Part shown: piece by piece, positions 13,501 to 24,584 of the stretch
Layout of the letters: each line of letters begins with the position of its first letter
How positions within the stretch are numbered: position 1 is the stretch's first letter
Source of the DNA: Okamejei kenojei
Taxonomy: Eukaryota
Direction: 5' to 3'
NCBI GenBank assembly: GCA_035221665.1
Contig: CM069138.1
Coordinates: 22,630,001-22,694,000, forward strand
DNA length: 64,000 bases
Program-made: the position numbers and the translations under genes
Notes under the pieces: generated by a model
The model's input: only the letters and a program-made list of their open reading frames with translations
Database searches by the model: none
Told to the model about the DNA's origin: nothing

Positions 13501-14676
13501 CAGTCCAGTACCTCGTGCTAGTGAGGACAGGAACAGGGAGATAGGGGATCTGAATGTGTGGCTGAGGGGCTGGAGCAGGGAGCAAGGATTTAGATTTATA
13601 GACCTTCTGGGGTATCTCTTCTGGGGTAGGGGTGACCTGTACAAAAGGGACGGGTTACATCTTAACTGGAGGGGGACTGACATTCTGGCAGGCTTGCTAG
13701 GGCTACACGTGTGGGTTTAAACTAAATAGTGGGGGGGGGGGAGGGATTGGCAATTCGGGAGTATAAGGATGCAGTTGAAGGGGAAGTGACTACAGGAAAA
13801 ATTACAAAAGATTCTTGAATTAATGGGAAGGAAAGCTCGAGAATGGACAACAGAGTAAGGTCAGGGCCAATTGCGAGCGGTCCAGGGGGAAGTGAATACG
13901 GAGGGCAAAGTGCTGTATATGAATGCGTGAAGTATAAGGAATAAAGTGGACGAGCTTGAGGCTCAGTTAGAAACTGGCAAGTATGATGTTGTGGGAATTA
14001 CTGAGACATGGCTGAAAGAGGGCCAGGGCTGGGAACTGAATATTCAAGGGTATACCTCCTATCAAAAAGACAGACAGGTGGGCAGAGGGGGTGGGGTTGC
14101 CCTGTGGTGAGGATTAAATTCAGTCCCTTGCAAGGGGTGACATTGAAACAGGAGATGTGGGGTCAGTATGGATAGAACTAAGGAATTGTAAGGGTAAAAA
14201 GACCCTAATGGGACTAATCTACAGGCCCCCAAATAGTAGCCTGGACATATGGCACAAGTTGAATCAGGAGTTAAAATTGGCATGTAGCAAAGGTAATGCT
14301 GTGGTTGTTAGGGGAGATTTCAACATGCAGGTAGACTGGGAAAATTAGGTTGGTACAGGACCCCAAGAAAGGGACTTTGGAGAGAGCCTTCGTGATGGAT
14401 TCTTAGAACAGCTTGTATTTGAGCCTACCAGGGAGAAGGCAATTCTGGATATAGTGTTATGTAATGAACCGGGTTTGATAAAGGACCTCGAGGTTAATGA
14501 GCCATTAGGAGGCAGTGACCATGACATGGTCAGGTTTAATCTACAATTGGAGAGGGAGAAGGGTAGATCAGAGGTGTCAGTGTTGCAGTTGAATAAAGGG
14601 GACTATGGGGCCATGAGGTAGCTGCTGGCCAAAGTTGACTGGAAAGATACACTAGCAGGTATGACAGTGGAACACA
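13500..14676 (+). mobile_element. CR1 LINE fragment: end of ORF1 SGNH esterase and ORF2 endonuclease
   Basis: LNVWLRGWSREQGFRF..FWGRGDLYKRDGLHLN (esterase DxxH block), followed by VGITETW, YRPPN, GDFN and GGSDH. Confidence 0.9.
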
Positions 14677-16693
14677 ATTACAAGAGCACGGCCACCAGGA
14701 TGCAGGATGTCCGCCTCCAGCGTATCTTAAACGTCCTCTCCACGGGTATATCGGTGTTTGCTAGGACCCTTGACGGGGATAATGTGTCCAGTGAACAACA
14801 AGATGCCCTGGCACACCTATGCAACGCCCAGTATGAGATCAACTGCCTGCGTAAGAGCTCCATTAAGCCCACACTCAACCCCAAATTCGCGGGGTTGTGC
14901 CGTCCATCAACCACTCCACCGCCTCATCAACTGTTTGGAGATCTGTCCAAACAAGTGAAGGAACTAGACGAGGAGGCCAAAACAGCTGGCCTAATGAGAC
15001 CTCCTACGACTAGACTTCACCCATACCACCGGCAACAACCACACACAAACTGGAAACCGCCGCTGCCGGACAGGACACAAAGGACCTATCCACCTCCACT
15101 TCCCCAAACACAGCGGCCTTTTTTAGGACAAGGCCAACAGCGGCCTGCATGGAAGATGAGGCCGCCATCCCGACAACCTCCACCCAAAACGACATATGCC
15201 AGGAACCGTCGTTAACCATGGAGGTAAGGGGGCCTGGTTCCTTTCAGACCGTAGCATCCCTTCCTGCACAAATTGGTGGGCGATTGCGGGCCTTTTTGGG
15301 AATATGGAACACTATCACCACAGATGAGTTTATTTTACAAAGTGTTCAAGGCTATGTTATAGAATTCATTGGTGGTAAAAATCCCCCTACCCAGCATTCG
15401 CCTTATCGGAAATTTACACTATCCCAAAAAGAGGTGGAAGCAGGACATGCTGAAATTATACGGCTAGCAGCAAAAGGGGTGATTGGAAAAACAACGCACA
15501 AACCCTTGAGTTTTGGTGTCCAACATTTTCACCAGAATTAAAAAAGATGGGGGGTGTCGGATTATAATAGACCTAACTGAGCTGAACACCTTTGTACAAT
15601 ATACCGACTTCAAAATGGATACCTTTGAAACAGCCAAGCAGATGCTTTACCCGGGGTACTTTATGGCATGCATCGATTTAAAAGATGCATACTATACGGT
15701 GCCCATCACTGAATCTCACAGGAAATATCTAAAATTTGTCTGGAAGGAACAATTATGGGAATACAAAGCATTGCCCAATGGAATCACCACAGCTCCTAGG
15801 TTATTTACAAAATTAGTAAAACCTATATTGGCTCTTCTCCGACAACAAAATTACATGGTCATGGCATATTTAGATGATATCCTAATAGTGGGTCAGACCC
15901 TCCAATTGGCTACACGGGCAGTGGCTGCAACTAAGACTTTATTTGAGAAGCTGGGATTTGTAATCCATCCAGACAAGTCAAAATTTCACCCGGTACGGGT
16001 TATGGATTATTTGGGGTTCAACCTAGACACCAACTTAATGATGATTACCATCCCAATCAATAAAGCTACTGCTATAAAAGAAGAGTGCCACAGTCTTGCT
16101 TGCGCCAGGGTACCGATCATCTGGGAAACGGCAAAAGTAATAGGGAAATTGGTAGCTACATTCTCAGCTGCACAATTCGGACCGCTACACTACCAAAATT
16201 TACAAAGAACAAAGATCGCAGCATTAAAAGCAAATGCTGGGCACTTTGATCGACCAATCCGGTTACCACCAAAGGCTAGAACCGAGCTACAATGGTGGAT
16301 TGACAATATTAGTGAGTGTGGCAGACCCATCATAGTAAGCATCTGTCGTGCTACAGACTGACGCAAGCGCACAAGGCTGGGGAGCAACTGCTACTATGAC
16401 CAGTTGTGGTGGCAGATGGGACTCTCGTGAGTCTACCTTCCTTCAGTCACACGGGATAAATTATATAGAAATGCTAGGGGCATTTCATTGACTGCGGGCT
16501 TACTGTACTAACTCACGGGACTTACATGTCCGCCTCCAAATAGATAACACAACAGTGGTGGCTTACATCGATCATATGGGTGGTATCAGGTCGCTATCTT
16601 GTGATGAATTGGCAAACACAATTTGGCACTGGTGCATCGAGAGGAATATTTGGATTACAGCGACCTATTTGCCAGGGAAGCTTAATACAGTGG

Positions 16694-18335
16694 GTTACAC
16701 AAAAAGCTGGAGAAACTCAGCGGGTGCAGCAGCATCTAAGGAGCGAAGGAGATAGGCGACGTTTTGGGTCGAGACCCTTCTTCAGACTGGTCAGGGATCA
16801 GGGAAACGAGAGATGTAGACGGTGATGTGGAGAGATAAGGAACAATGAATGAAAGATATGCAAAAAAGTATCGATGATAAAGGGAACAAGCCATTGTAAG
16901 CTGTTTGTGGTGTGAAAATGAGAAGCTAGTGCGACTAAGGTGGGGGAGGGAGATAGAGATAGAGGGAATGCCAGGGCCCGAGGGCTGAGGGAGAGGTGGG
17001 AAGGGGGAGAGACTGCAAGGGTTAACAGAATTGAGAAAATTCAATGTTCAAGCCCAAAGGATGCAGACTCCCCAAGCGGAATATGAGGTGCTGTTCCTCC
17101 AACTTGCGGTGTTGCTCACTCTGGCCGTGGAGGAGGCCCAGGACCGAGAGGTCGGATGCGGAATGGGAGGGGGAGTTGAAGTGCTGAGCCACCGGGAGGT
17201 CGGTTGGTTTTTGCGGACCGAGCGGAGGTGTTCGGCGAAACGATCGCCAAGCCTCCGCTTGGTCTCACCGATATAGATCATCTGGCATCTGGAGCAGCGG
17301 ATGCAGTAGATGAGGTTGGAGGAGGTGCAGGTGAACCTCTGTCGGACATGGAAGGACTGCTTGGGTCCCTGAAAGGAGTGGAGGGGGGAGGTGAAGGGAC
17401 AAGTGTTGCATTTCTTGCGGTTGCAAGGGAAAGTGCCCGGGGAAGGGGTAGAGCGGGAGGGGAGGGAAGAATTGACAAGTAGTTGCGGAGGGAGCGGTCT
17501 TTGCGGAAAGCAGACAGGGGGGGAGATGGGAAGATGTGGCGGGTGGAGGGGTGACAGGGGGGGAGATGGGAAGATGTGGCGGGTGGAGACTTGTCCCATC
17601 ACCTCCCCCCTCCACTCCTTTCAGGGACCCAAGCAGTCCTTCCAGGTCCGACAGAGGTTCACCTGCACCTCCTTCAACCTCATCTACTGCATCCGCTGCT
17701 CCAGATGCCAGATGATCTATATCGGTGAGACCAAGCGGAGGCTTGGCGATCGTTTTGCCGAACACCTCCGCTCGGTCCGCAAAAACCAACCCGACCTCCC
17801 GGTGGCTCAGCACTTCAACTCCCCCTCCCATTCCGCATCCGACCTCTCGGTCCTGGGCCTCCTCCACGGCCAGAGTGAGCAACACCGCAAGTTGGAGGAA
17901 CAGCACCTCATATTCCGCTTGGGGAGTCTGCATCCTTTGGGCTTGAACATTGAATTTTCTCAATTCTGTTAACCCTTGCTGTCTCCTCCCCTTCCCACCT
18001 CTCCCTCAGCCCTCGGGCCCTGGCATTCCCTCTATCTCTATCTCCCTCCCCCACCCTAGTCGCACTAGCTTCTCATTTTCACACCACAAAAAGCTTACAA
18101 TGGCTAGTTCCCTTTATCATTGATACTTTTTTGCATATCTATCATTCATTGTTCCTTATCTCTCCACATCACCATCTACATCTCTCGTTTCCCTGATCCC
18201 TGACCAGTCTGAAGAAGGGTCTCGACCCGAAACGTCGCCTATCTCCTTCGCTCTTTAGATGCTGCTGCACCCGCTGAGTTTCTCCAGCCTTTTGTCTAAC
18301 CCTCGATTCTCCAGCATCTGCAGTTCCTTCTTCAA
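16694..18335. mobile_element. Penelope-like element (GIY-YIG endonuclease + pseudo-LTR) inserted as an inverted duplication
   Basis: Arms 16694-17404 and 17589-18300 are reverse complements. Both encode NLIYCIRCSRC..YIGETKRRLGDRFAEH. A 16-bp TSD aagcttaatacagtgg lies at 16678-16693 and 18336-18351. Confidence 0.95.
18209..18236 (+). ncRNA. Minimal type I hammerhead ribozyme motif (Penelope pLTR)
   Basis: CTGAAGA-A-GGGTC/TC/GACCC-GAAA-CGTC: conserved CUGANGA and GAAA core, stem II, palindromic ACGU mini stem III, and GUC cleavage triplet. Stem I is weak. Confidence 0.7.
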
Positions 18336-18347
18336 AAGCTTAATACA

Positions 18348-18686
18348 GTGGCGGACACCAGGTCACGAGTATTCAATGACAACATCGAGTGGATGTTGAA
18401 CCCCCAAATTTTTGGGGACATTATAGCTCACTATGGGACACCAGATATTGATCTTTTTGCATCCAGGTTGAACCATCAGATACCAACGTATGTGTCTTGG
18501 GAACCAGACCCTGGGGCAATAGCAATGGATGCGTTTTCTATCCATTGGTGGAAATGGTTTCGCTACGCATTTCCCCCATTTTGCCTCATCAGTCGGGTAT
18601 TGCAGAAAATTAAACTGGACTCTGCAACTGGCATATTCCCGATTGGCCTACACAGCCATGATACCCGATGGTCGTTAAAATTTTGA
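18348..18686 (+). pseudogene. DIRS adenine-methyltransferase-like domain (C-terminus of the RT/RH ORF)
   Basis: IDLFASRLN...DAFSIHW...YAFPPF is the motif pattern of the phage Dam-like MT domain known in DIRS elements. It is separated from RH by an insertion and is frameshifted. Confidence 0.8.
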
Positions 18687-18799
18687 AACAACCATGGATT
18701 TCGATTGGGAAACACCCCAAATTGATTACTCACCCCATTACGGGGGATAGTCATCCATGCCATGGTCACCTAAACTTGTTGGCCTGCAGGTTCTAAAAA

Positions 18800-19752
18800 G
18801 ACCACTCATCAAGGCGGGCATCTCACCACGAGCCATGGAACTCATCTCAGCATCATGCCGAGAATCAACTCGGAGGCAGTACCTCACGCAGATCAGGAAG
18901 TGGGAGGCATTCTCTTCTCGTACCAACAAGACTTCCAACACGGCAACTATCCCTGATGTCCTGGAATTCCTAGCTGGCCTCCATTTCGATGCTGGCTTTA
19001 GCTACAGTGCCATCAACAGCGCCAGGAGTGCACTGTCCTCATACCTGGATATAGGTATAGGCTCAAACCACCTGGTGTCTAAACTCATGAGGGGAGTGTT
19101 CAACACCAACCCTCCATGACCCAGATACACCTTCACCTGGGATGTAGGGATCGTTCTGACCCTTCTGAGGAGCTGGGCTCCAATGAATGAGTTACCACTC
19201 AAACAGCTCACCCTCAAAGTGGTGATGCTGATGGCACTGACTACAACCCAACGAGTCCAGACATTACAAAAGCTGCGGCTGGATAGCATGGTTGCCACCC
19301 CTGATCAAATAATTTTATTTGTCCAGGATTTATTGAAGCAGCACAGGCCAGGGATTCATGGGCTGCAGTTGGAGTTTCGGGCATACCCTGTAGATGCCAC
19401 TCTCTGCATAGTCACCCATCTCCACCACTATATCGGAATTACAAGAGCCATCAGGAAGAAGGAGCAGGGGCTCCTCATCAGCCACAAACCTCCGCATCAT
19501 CGGGTGACTGTACAGACTATCGCCAGGTGGCTCAGGGTGGTGTTGGATGCAGCAGGAGTTACTACTAACATTTCTAAATCTCATTCCACTAGGGCTGCAG
19601 CCACATCAGCGGCGAGGGCCATGGAGGTGCCCATGGACCATATCCTCGCCACCGTGGGCTGGGCCAGTGAAGAAACCTTCCAAAGGTTCTACAATAAACC
19701 ACTGGTCGCCCCCGCGACATTCGCAGAAGCTGTGCTGGGAGCCGCTCAGTGA
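18800..19752 (+). pseudogene. DIRS tyrosine recombinase (in-frame stop at ~19117)
   Basis: N-terminal STRRQY..W..YSAINSARSALS. Catalytic region QRVQTL, HSTRAAA, GWASEETFQRFY. Confidence 0.9.
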
Positions 19753-20245
19753 ATGTCTGTCCCCGAGTCAGGGGTTATTTGTTTGTTATTATTTGATTAA
19801 TAAATTGTATTATTTTTTCAGCCAGTTTCGATTGAACAGCCTTCCTTCATCAGAATTGCGGCAGTGTGATAGCATGGACGATGTCCAGGGCGTGAAATCA
19901 CAGAGCGTTGAAATCTTCACGAAGTCACTCGCGTGTCTCCAAAGTAAAATAGTAAGATTAAACGAGAACTTACCAAGTTTGAAGGTTGATCTTTATTTTA
20001 CGAGGAGTCGTGGTGAGGGATTTCGTGCCCCCCGCTCCCACCCTCTATCATAAGGTCAACTCGGAAGTTCTACGTTCTTCATCTTACTATTTTCAGTCAT
20101 GGTGCGTTCTGTGATTCCACACCGCTGCTTTGAAGGATGTCGCGCATGCGTGCTGGCGGGATCTTCACGAAATCCCTCACCGCTACTCCTCGTAAAATAC
20201 AGATCAACCTTCAAACTTGGTAAGTTCTCGTTTAATCTTACTATT

Positions 20246-20464
20246 AAACGTCATTGCTGTATAAACATGTGACTACGTTTCCAAAATACTATAAAAAGAT
20301 GCTATATGTCTTTGTTCATTAGAGTGATGGCCCAGGAGGGTTAAGTATTTGTTGCGTACTTGACTTTATATCACTTGGCACTCTCACCGGCTAAATGATC
20401 AGTAAAGCTTGGGTTGGTTTGTCTAACATTGCGAGTTGTCTGTTTTAAGAAATGAACCTTAGCA
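20246..20464 (+). mobile_element. ERV 3' LTR (3' part only)
   Basis: About 90% match to 4435-4642. It retains TATAAAA and AGTAAA and ends CCTTAGCA. Its 5' part is replaced by the DIRS end. Confidence 0.85.
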
Positions 20465-20740
20465 CCCTGGCCTTGACTCCAGTGACAGTGTTGTTGTTGC
20501 CTCTGCTCTGTGAGTGGTAAAAGTACCTGTGGTCGTCAGTTAGAGCCATTGCAATAAGGAGTCAGCATTGGTTAATCTGAAGCCATGACAAATTGTAGTT
20601 CTGCTCTCCTGTACCTTAAGCTCCAGTATGATCTCTTTAATCTTTCAGTACTCCCGGTACATGTGCCTATTCAAGGGAAGTGAATTACACCCAATATAGT
20701 TACACATAGGTGAATAAAAACAAATATAATTTGTACTCAC

Positions 20741-21085
20741 TGGTTACGTTGAGCTGGGTTCCATTCCCTCTGATATCTCCCCACACTGTGCAGTAATAGA
20801 CGGCAGAGTCATTGAGCGTCACGTTTGTGACCGTCAGGGTGAAGCTGCTGTTGGAGGTGTTTTTGAACGGCTGGAACCGCTCAGTGAAGCCTGGTCTCCT
20901 TCGTACGCTGCCTCCTGCCTCGAGTGTTAAAACCCACTCCATGTCCTGCCCGGGTTGTTCTCGGTACCAGTGGACGTCAGTGTTTCCCACTTCAGCGTTC
21001 TCCATGGAACACCATAACCGTGCCGTGTGACCCTCAGTGACACGCTCCAGCCTCGGGAATTGGATCAGGATCGGAGGATTTGCAA
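20741..21085 (-). CDS. Ig V-set domain exon 2 (germline V+J-like in a single exon)
   Basis: Acceptor atttccctttcaag|TT and donor GTAACCA|gtgagt, phase 1/1, 345 nt open. Motifs: ARLWC, DVHWYREQPGQDMEWV, ERF, FTLTV, DSAVYYC, and J-like RGNGTQLNVT. Confidence 0.93.
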
Positions 21086-21277
21086 CTTGAAAGGGAAATA
21101 TCAATAGATGAACACTAATGTTGGGGTTGCTAAATAATTTATGTGTTTCAACTTAAAATCCATTCATCCTTTGACATTAGATAACCTCATTTAAAAGTGA
21201 TGCTAACTTTTAGCAACTGATAATAAAATCATCATTGCAGCTGATTGCAACTTCCTCCCTGTCCACGATTATCTTTC

Positions 21278-21278
<1 letters not shown>

Positions 21279-21334
<56 letters not shown>

Positions 21335-21345
21335 CTCTCTCTCCC
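21279..21345. repeat. (TC)n microsatellite in the intron between the two V exons
   Basis: Visible directly in the sequence. Confidence 0.95.
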
Positions 21346-22043
21346 TCCAGTGTTGGGAGGTGTTGCCTCACAATGGGGATTTCATTTTTCATTTAGCTTT
21401 GTTTAGTCGTCTATTTAGTCCTTTGTTGCGCTCTACACAGAGATAAGCAGATCTCTGTATATTGGAGGAATAAGAATGTATGGAAATAGTACAGATAGAT
21501 CATTGAGGTGGTAATGTTTAGTTTACTTTAGTGTAGAAATGCAGCATGGAAACAGGTCCCTCAGTCCACTGAGCCCATGCTGACCATCGAGTAATTGATC
21601 TCAGTGTGGCAGACGGTGCAACTAATAGTGCCTGTACATAAACTGTGGATGGCTCGATTGTAATCATGTATTGTCTTTCCGCTGACTGGTTAGCAAGCTA
21701 CAAAAGCTTTTCACTGTACCTCGGTAGATGTGACAATAAACTAAACTCAAGCAAAGTGATTATAAATGAAGAAACTAACCTACTGATACTGTAATTTATT
21801 TACATTCATCTGTTCACACTATGTGTACGTCTCTGGCAATGCCAAATTAAATTCTCCATCCTTATCTCAGAACGCAGTGCCGAGTGATCTGCATTATTCA
21901 GTTAAAAAATAATTTGGGCCTATTTTCATCCTCCATTTTGCAGTGTGAACTTCTAATGATGTCGGTCTCTGTAAAACTGACAACATGACATCATGATTCC
22001 TCGTGATGTTAGGATTGGAAATAGAACCAATTTAAATACTCAC

Positions 22044-22394
22044 TGGTTACATTCAGCTTGGTTCCATTTCCGAATAAATGCCCCGAAATGCCACAGATGT
22101 AATCAGCAGAGTCAGCAATCACCACCTCTCTGATGGTCAGTGAGTAGCTGTTACTGGCGTCGTCCCTGGAAAGCTGAAATCGATCGGAGAAGCCCGGTGA
22201 CCTGTAAGTTTGGCCATTCACATAAAGACTAAGTTTGATTCCTCCATTACGTGAGTTGTACCAGTGAACGTCGAATTTGTTCACAATGTTATTCACATTG
22301 GTGCTGTTCAGGACACACCGTATCTCCACTGTTTCACCCTCACGCACCACCAGAGCTCCTGGGGATTGGATCAGGGATGTGTTTGCCTTCAGAC
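22044..22394 (-). CDS. Ig V-set domain exon 1 (germline V+J-like in a single exon)
   Basis: Acceptor ttattacccacag|GT and donor GTAACCA|gtgagt, phase 1/1, 351 nt open. Motifs: B-strand Cys (VEIRC), DVHWY, FSDRF, YSLTI, DSADYIC, and J-like FGNGTKLNVT. Confidence 0.93.
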
Positions 22395-23519
22395 CTGTGG
22401 GTAATAACAATCAAAGATCAGAACAGATGATGACCACAAAAATAATTTGAAACGAAAGGCAGCATGAAAGCTCTTGGATATTTATGAATGTTCTGCACAT
22501 GTATCCTCAATTTGTAAACTCCTTTGTTTTCTCCTGAGCTTCGCTCTTTCACTTTGCACTGAAATGACAAACAATACCTTTTAGTAAAAGCAACAGCTCA
22601 AAAGTACAAACACTGAATATCAAAGGTTAAATCCTGCTCCATGTAAGTGCTTGTTGACTCCACACACTGTATTAAACTGAGCAGTAAATCAGGAACAAAG
22701 CTGGCAGTTCTAGTAAAATTCATTTAGTACATGTAAGATTCTGTTGCCAAGTCGGATGAAGAAGACTAAGGAAATTCAGCATGCTTCCAACAACTCTACA
22801 CATGGACCACATAAAGCATCCTTTTGATTACATCACAGCCTAGTTTGGCAATTTCTCTACCCTAAACTCCACACTGCCTCGGGAAAGCAACCAACATAGT
22901 GAAAGACCATTCACTCCCCTGTCATTCCTATTTGTCCCCTCTCCTGTCGGGCAGAAGATACAAATCTTCACAGCATCTGGCAGTAGTTTTACGATACGAT
23001 ACGATAACATTTTAATCATCCCCCAGAGGGAAATTGGTCTGCCAACAGTTACAACACACAAGGTACACAAATACTTGAAATTAAAAGTGAAAAATAAGAA
23101 AAGGACAAGCAACTGTTGGCTGGCTTCCGTGTGCACAGCGCCTTAACCAGAACGAACGAACAAACAAAACAAACAAATGCAGAAGAGGATTCTAAAACTA
23201 GAGTGCCCCCGCACACCAGTTCCCACTTTGTTTTCCCACCGCACATCATGGCAGTCCCCCCATGCCGGGTCCCCATTGTTCTTTGCAACAGCCCTCACTT
23301 TCCTTGGCTCCTACTCTTTCCCTGGTTACCCTCTTACTCTAATACAATTGTTCAATCCTTGGGATTCTTCTTAATATTGACTGTCAGTGATATTTTTTCT
23401 TCCCCTTTCCTCTCCTAATTCATATTTAAAGTAGCCTTTTGCTCTCTTTATACCCAAGTGTCTCTCCTGTTTTCATTTGCCTATGCCTGCCAAATGCTTC
23501 CCTTTACTTCATCAAATGT

Positions 23520-23760
23520 GGGTGCCACGATGGTGCATGAAGACTGCTGCCTCACAGAGCCAGAGACCCGGCTTCAATCCTGATCTCAGGTGCTGGCTGT
23601 GTGGCGTTTGCATGTTCGCTGTGTGACCACATGGGTTTCCACCGGGTACACCGGTTTCCTCCCATATTCCAAACAGTTTGTAGGTTCGTTGGCCTCTGCA
23701 AAATTGCATCTATTATGTAGTGAGTTGATTGAGAAGTGAGATAACATAGAACTAGTGTGA
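23520..23760 (+). mobile_element. tRNA-derived V-SINE (HE1-like)
   Basis: A/B-box-like head (..ggtgca..; cccggcttcaatcc) and core tgtgtggcgtttgcatgttc..gggtttcc..ccggtttcctcccatattccaaa. Related copies lie at 35492, 45100 and 57755. Confidence 0.75.
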
Positions 23761-24584
23761 ACAATAGACAATGGACAATAGACAATAGGTGCAGGAGTAG
23801 GCCATTCGGCCCTTCGAGCCAGCACTGACATTCAATGTGATCATGACTGATCATCCCCAATCAGCTATTTTTAAGAGCCCTATCTAGCACTCTCTTGAAA
23901 GCATCCAGAGAACTTGCCTCCACCGCCCTCTGAGGCAGATAATTCCACAGACTCACCACTCTCTGTGAGAAAAAATGTTTCCTTGTCTCCGTTCTAAATA
24001 GCTTACTCCTTATTCTTAAACTGTGGCCTCTGGTTCTGGACTCCCCCAACATCGGGAACATGTTTCCTGCCTCTAGCGTGTCCAAACCCTTAACAACCTT
24101 ATATGCTTCAATTAAAACACCTCTCATCCTTCTAAACTCCAGTGTGTACAAGCCCAGCTGCTCCATTCTCTCGGCATATGACAGTCCAGCCATCCCGGGA
24201 ATTAACCTTGTAAACCTATGCTGCACTCCCTCAATAGCAAGAATGTCCTTCCACAAATTAGGGGACCAAAACTGCACACAATACTCCAGGTGTGGTCTCA
24301 CTAGGGCTCTGTACAACTGCAGAAGGACCTCTTTGCACCTATGTTCGATTCCTCTTGTTATAAAGGCCAACATGCCATAAGCTTTCTTTACTGCCTGCTG
24401 TAACTACATGCTTACTTTCATAGGCTGATGTACAAGGACCTCCAGATCCCGTTGTGCTTCCCCTTTTCCCAACTTGACGCCATTTATATAGTAATCTGCA
24501 TTCCTGTTTTTGCTACCAAAGTGGATAACCTCACATTTATCCACATTAAACTTCATCTGCCTTGCATCTGCCCACTCCCCCAAC

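Larger units (their letters stand above)
14677..20245 (+). mobile_element. DIRS1-like tyrosine-recombinase retrotransposon, 5'-deleted, interrupted by Penelope
   Basis: Gag end (to 15215), RT (IDLKDAY, LPNG, YLDD; 15513-16361), RNase H (TDAS, QIDNTT, YLPGKLNTVAD), MT-like domain, recombinase, ICR ~19914-20027, and a right ITR ending ttaatcttactatt. Confidence 0.95.

Noticed and set aside
18348-19752. Bacterial or phage contamination (methylase + integrase)
   Set aside because: Both domains are standard DIRS components flanked by RT/RH and ICR/ITR.
20784-20790. Perfect RSS heptamer CACAGTG on the coding strand at the V2 second cysteine (TGC ACA GTG)
   Set aside because: There is no nonamer at 12- or 23-bp spacing (AGAGGGAAT / AACCCAGCT). 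It lies inside the open exon and is explained by the C-T-V codons.
20700-21104. ORF-track starts and ends for the V ORFs (MIFPFQ.., MLLPTG.., ..SEYKLYLF, ..SEYLNWF)
   Set aside because: These are intron read-through beyond the splice sites.
20700-22410. Interpretation as rearranging TCR/Ig V gene segments
   Set aside because: The J-like strand and splice donor are within each exon, there is no RSS, and V2 has no leader of its own nearby.
23520-23600. tRNA gene-like A/B boxes (also at 35492 and 57755)
   Set aside because: They are SINE heads followed by the V-SINE core, with no cloverleaf.
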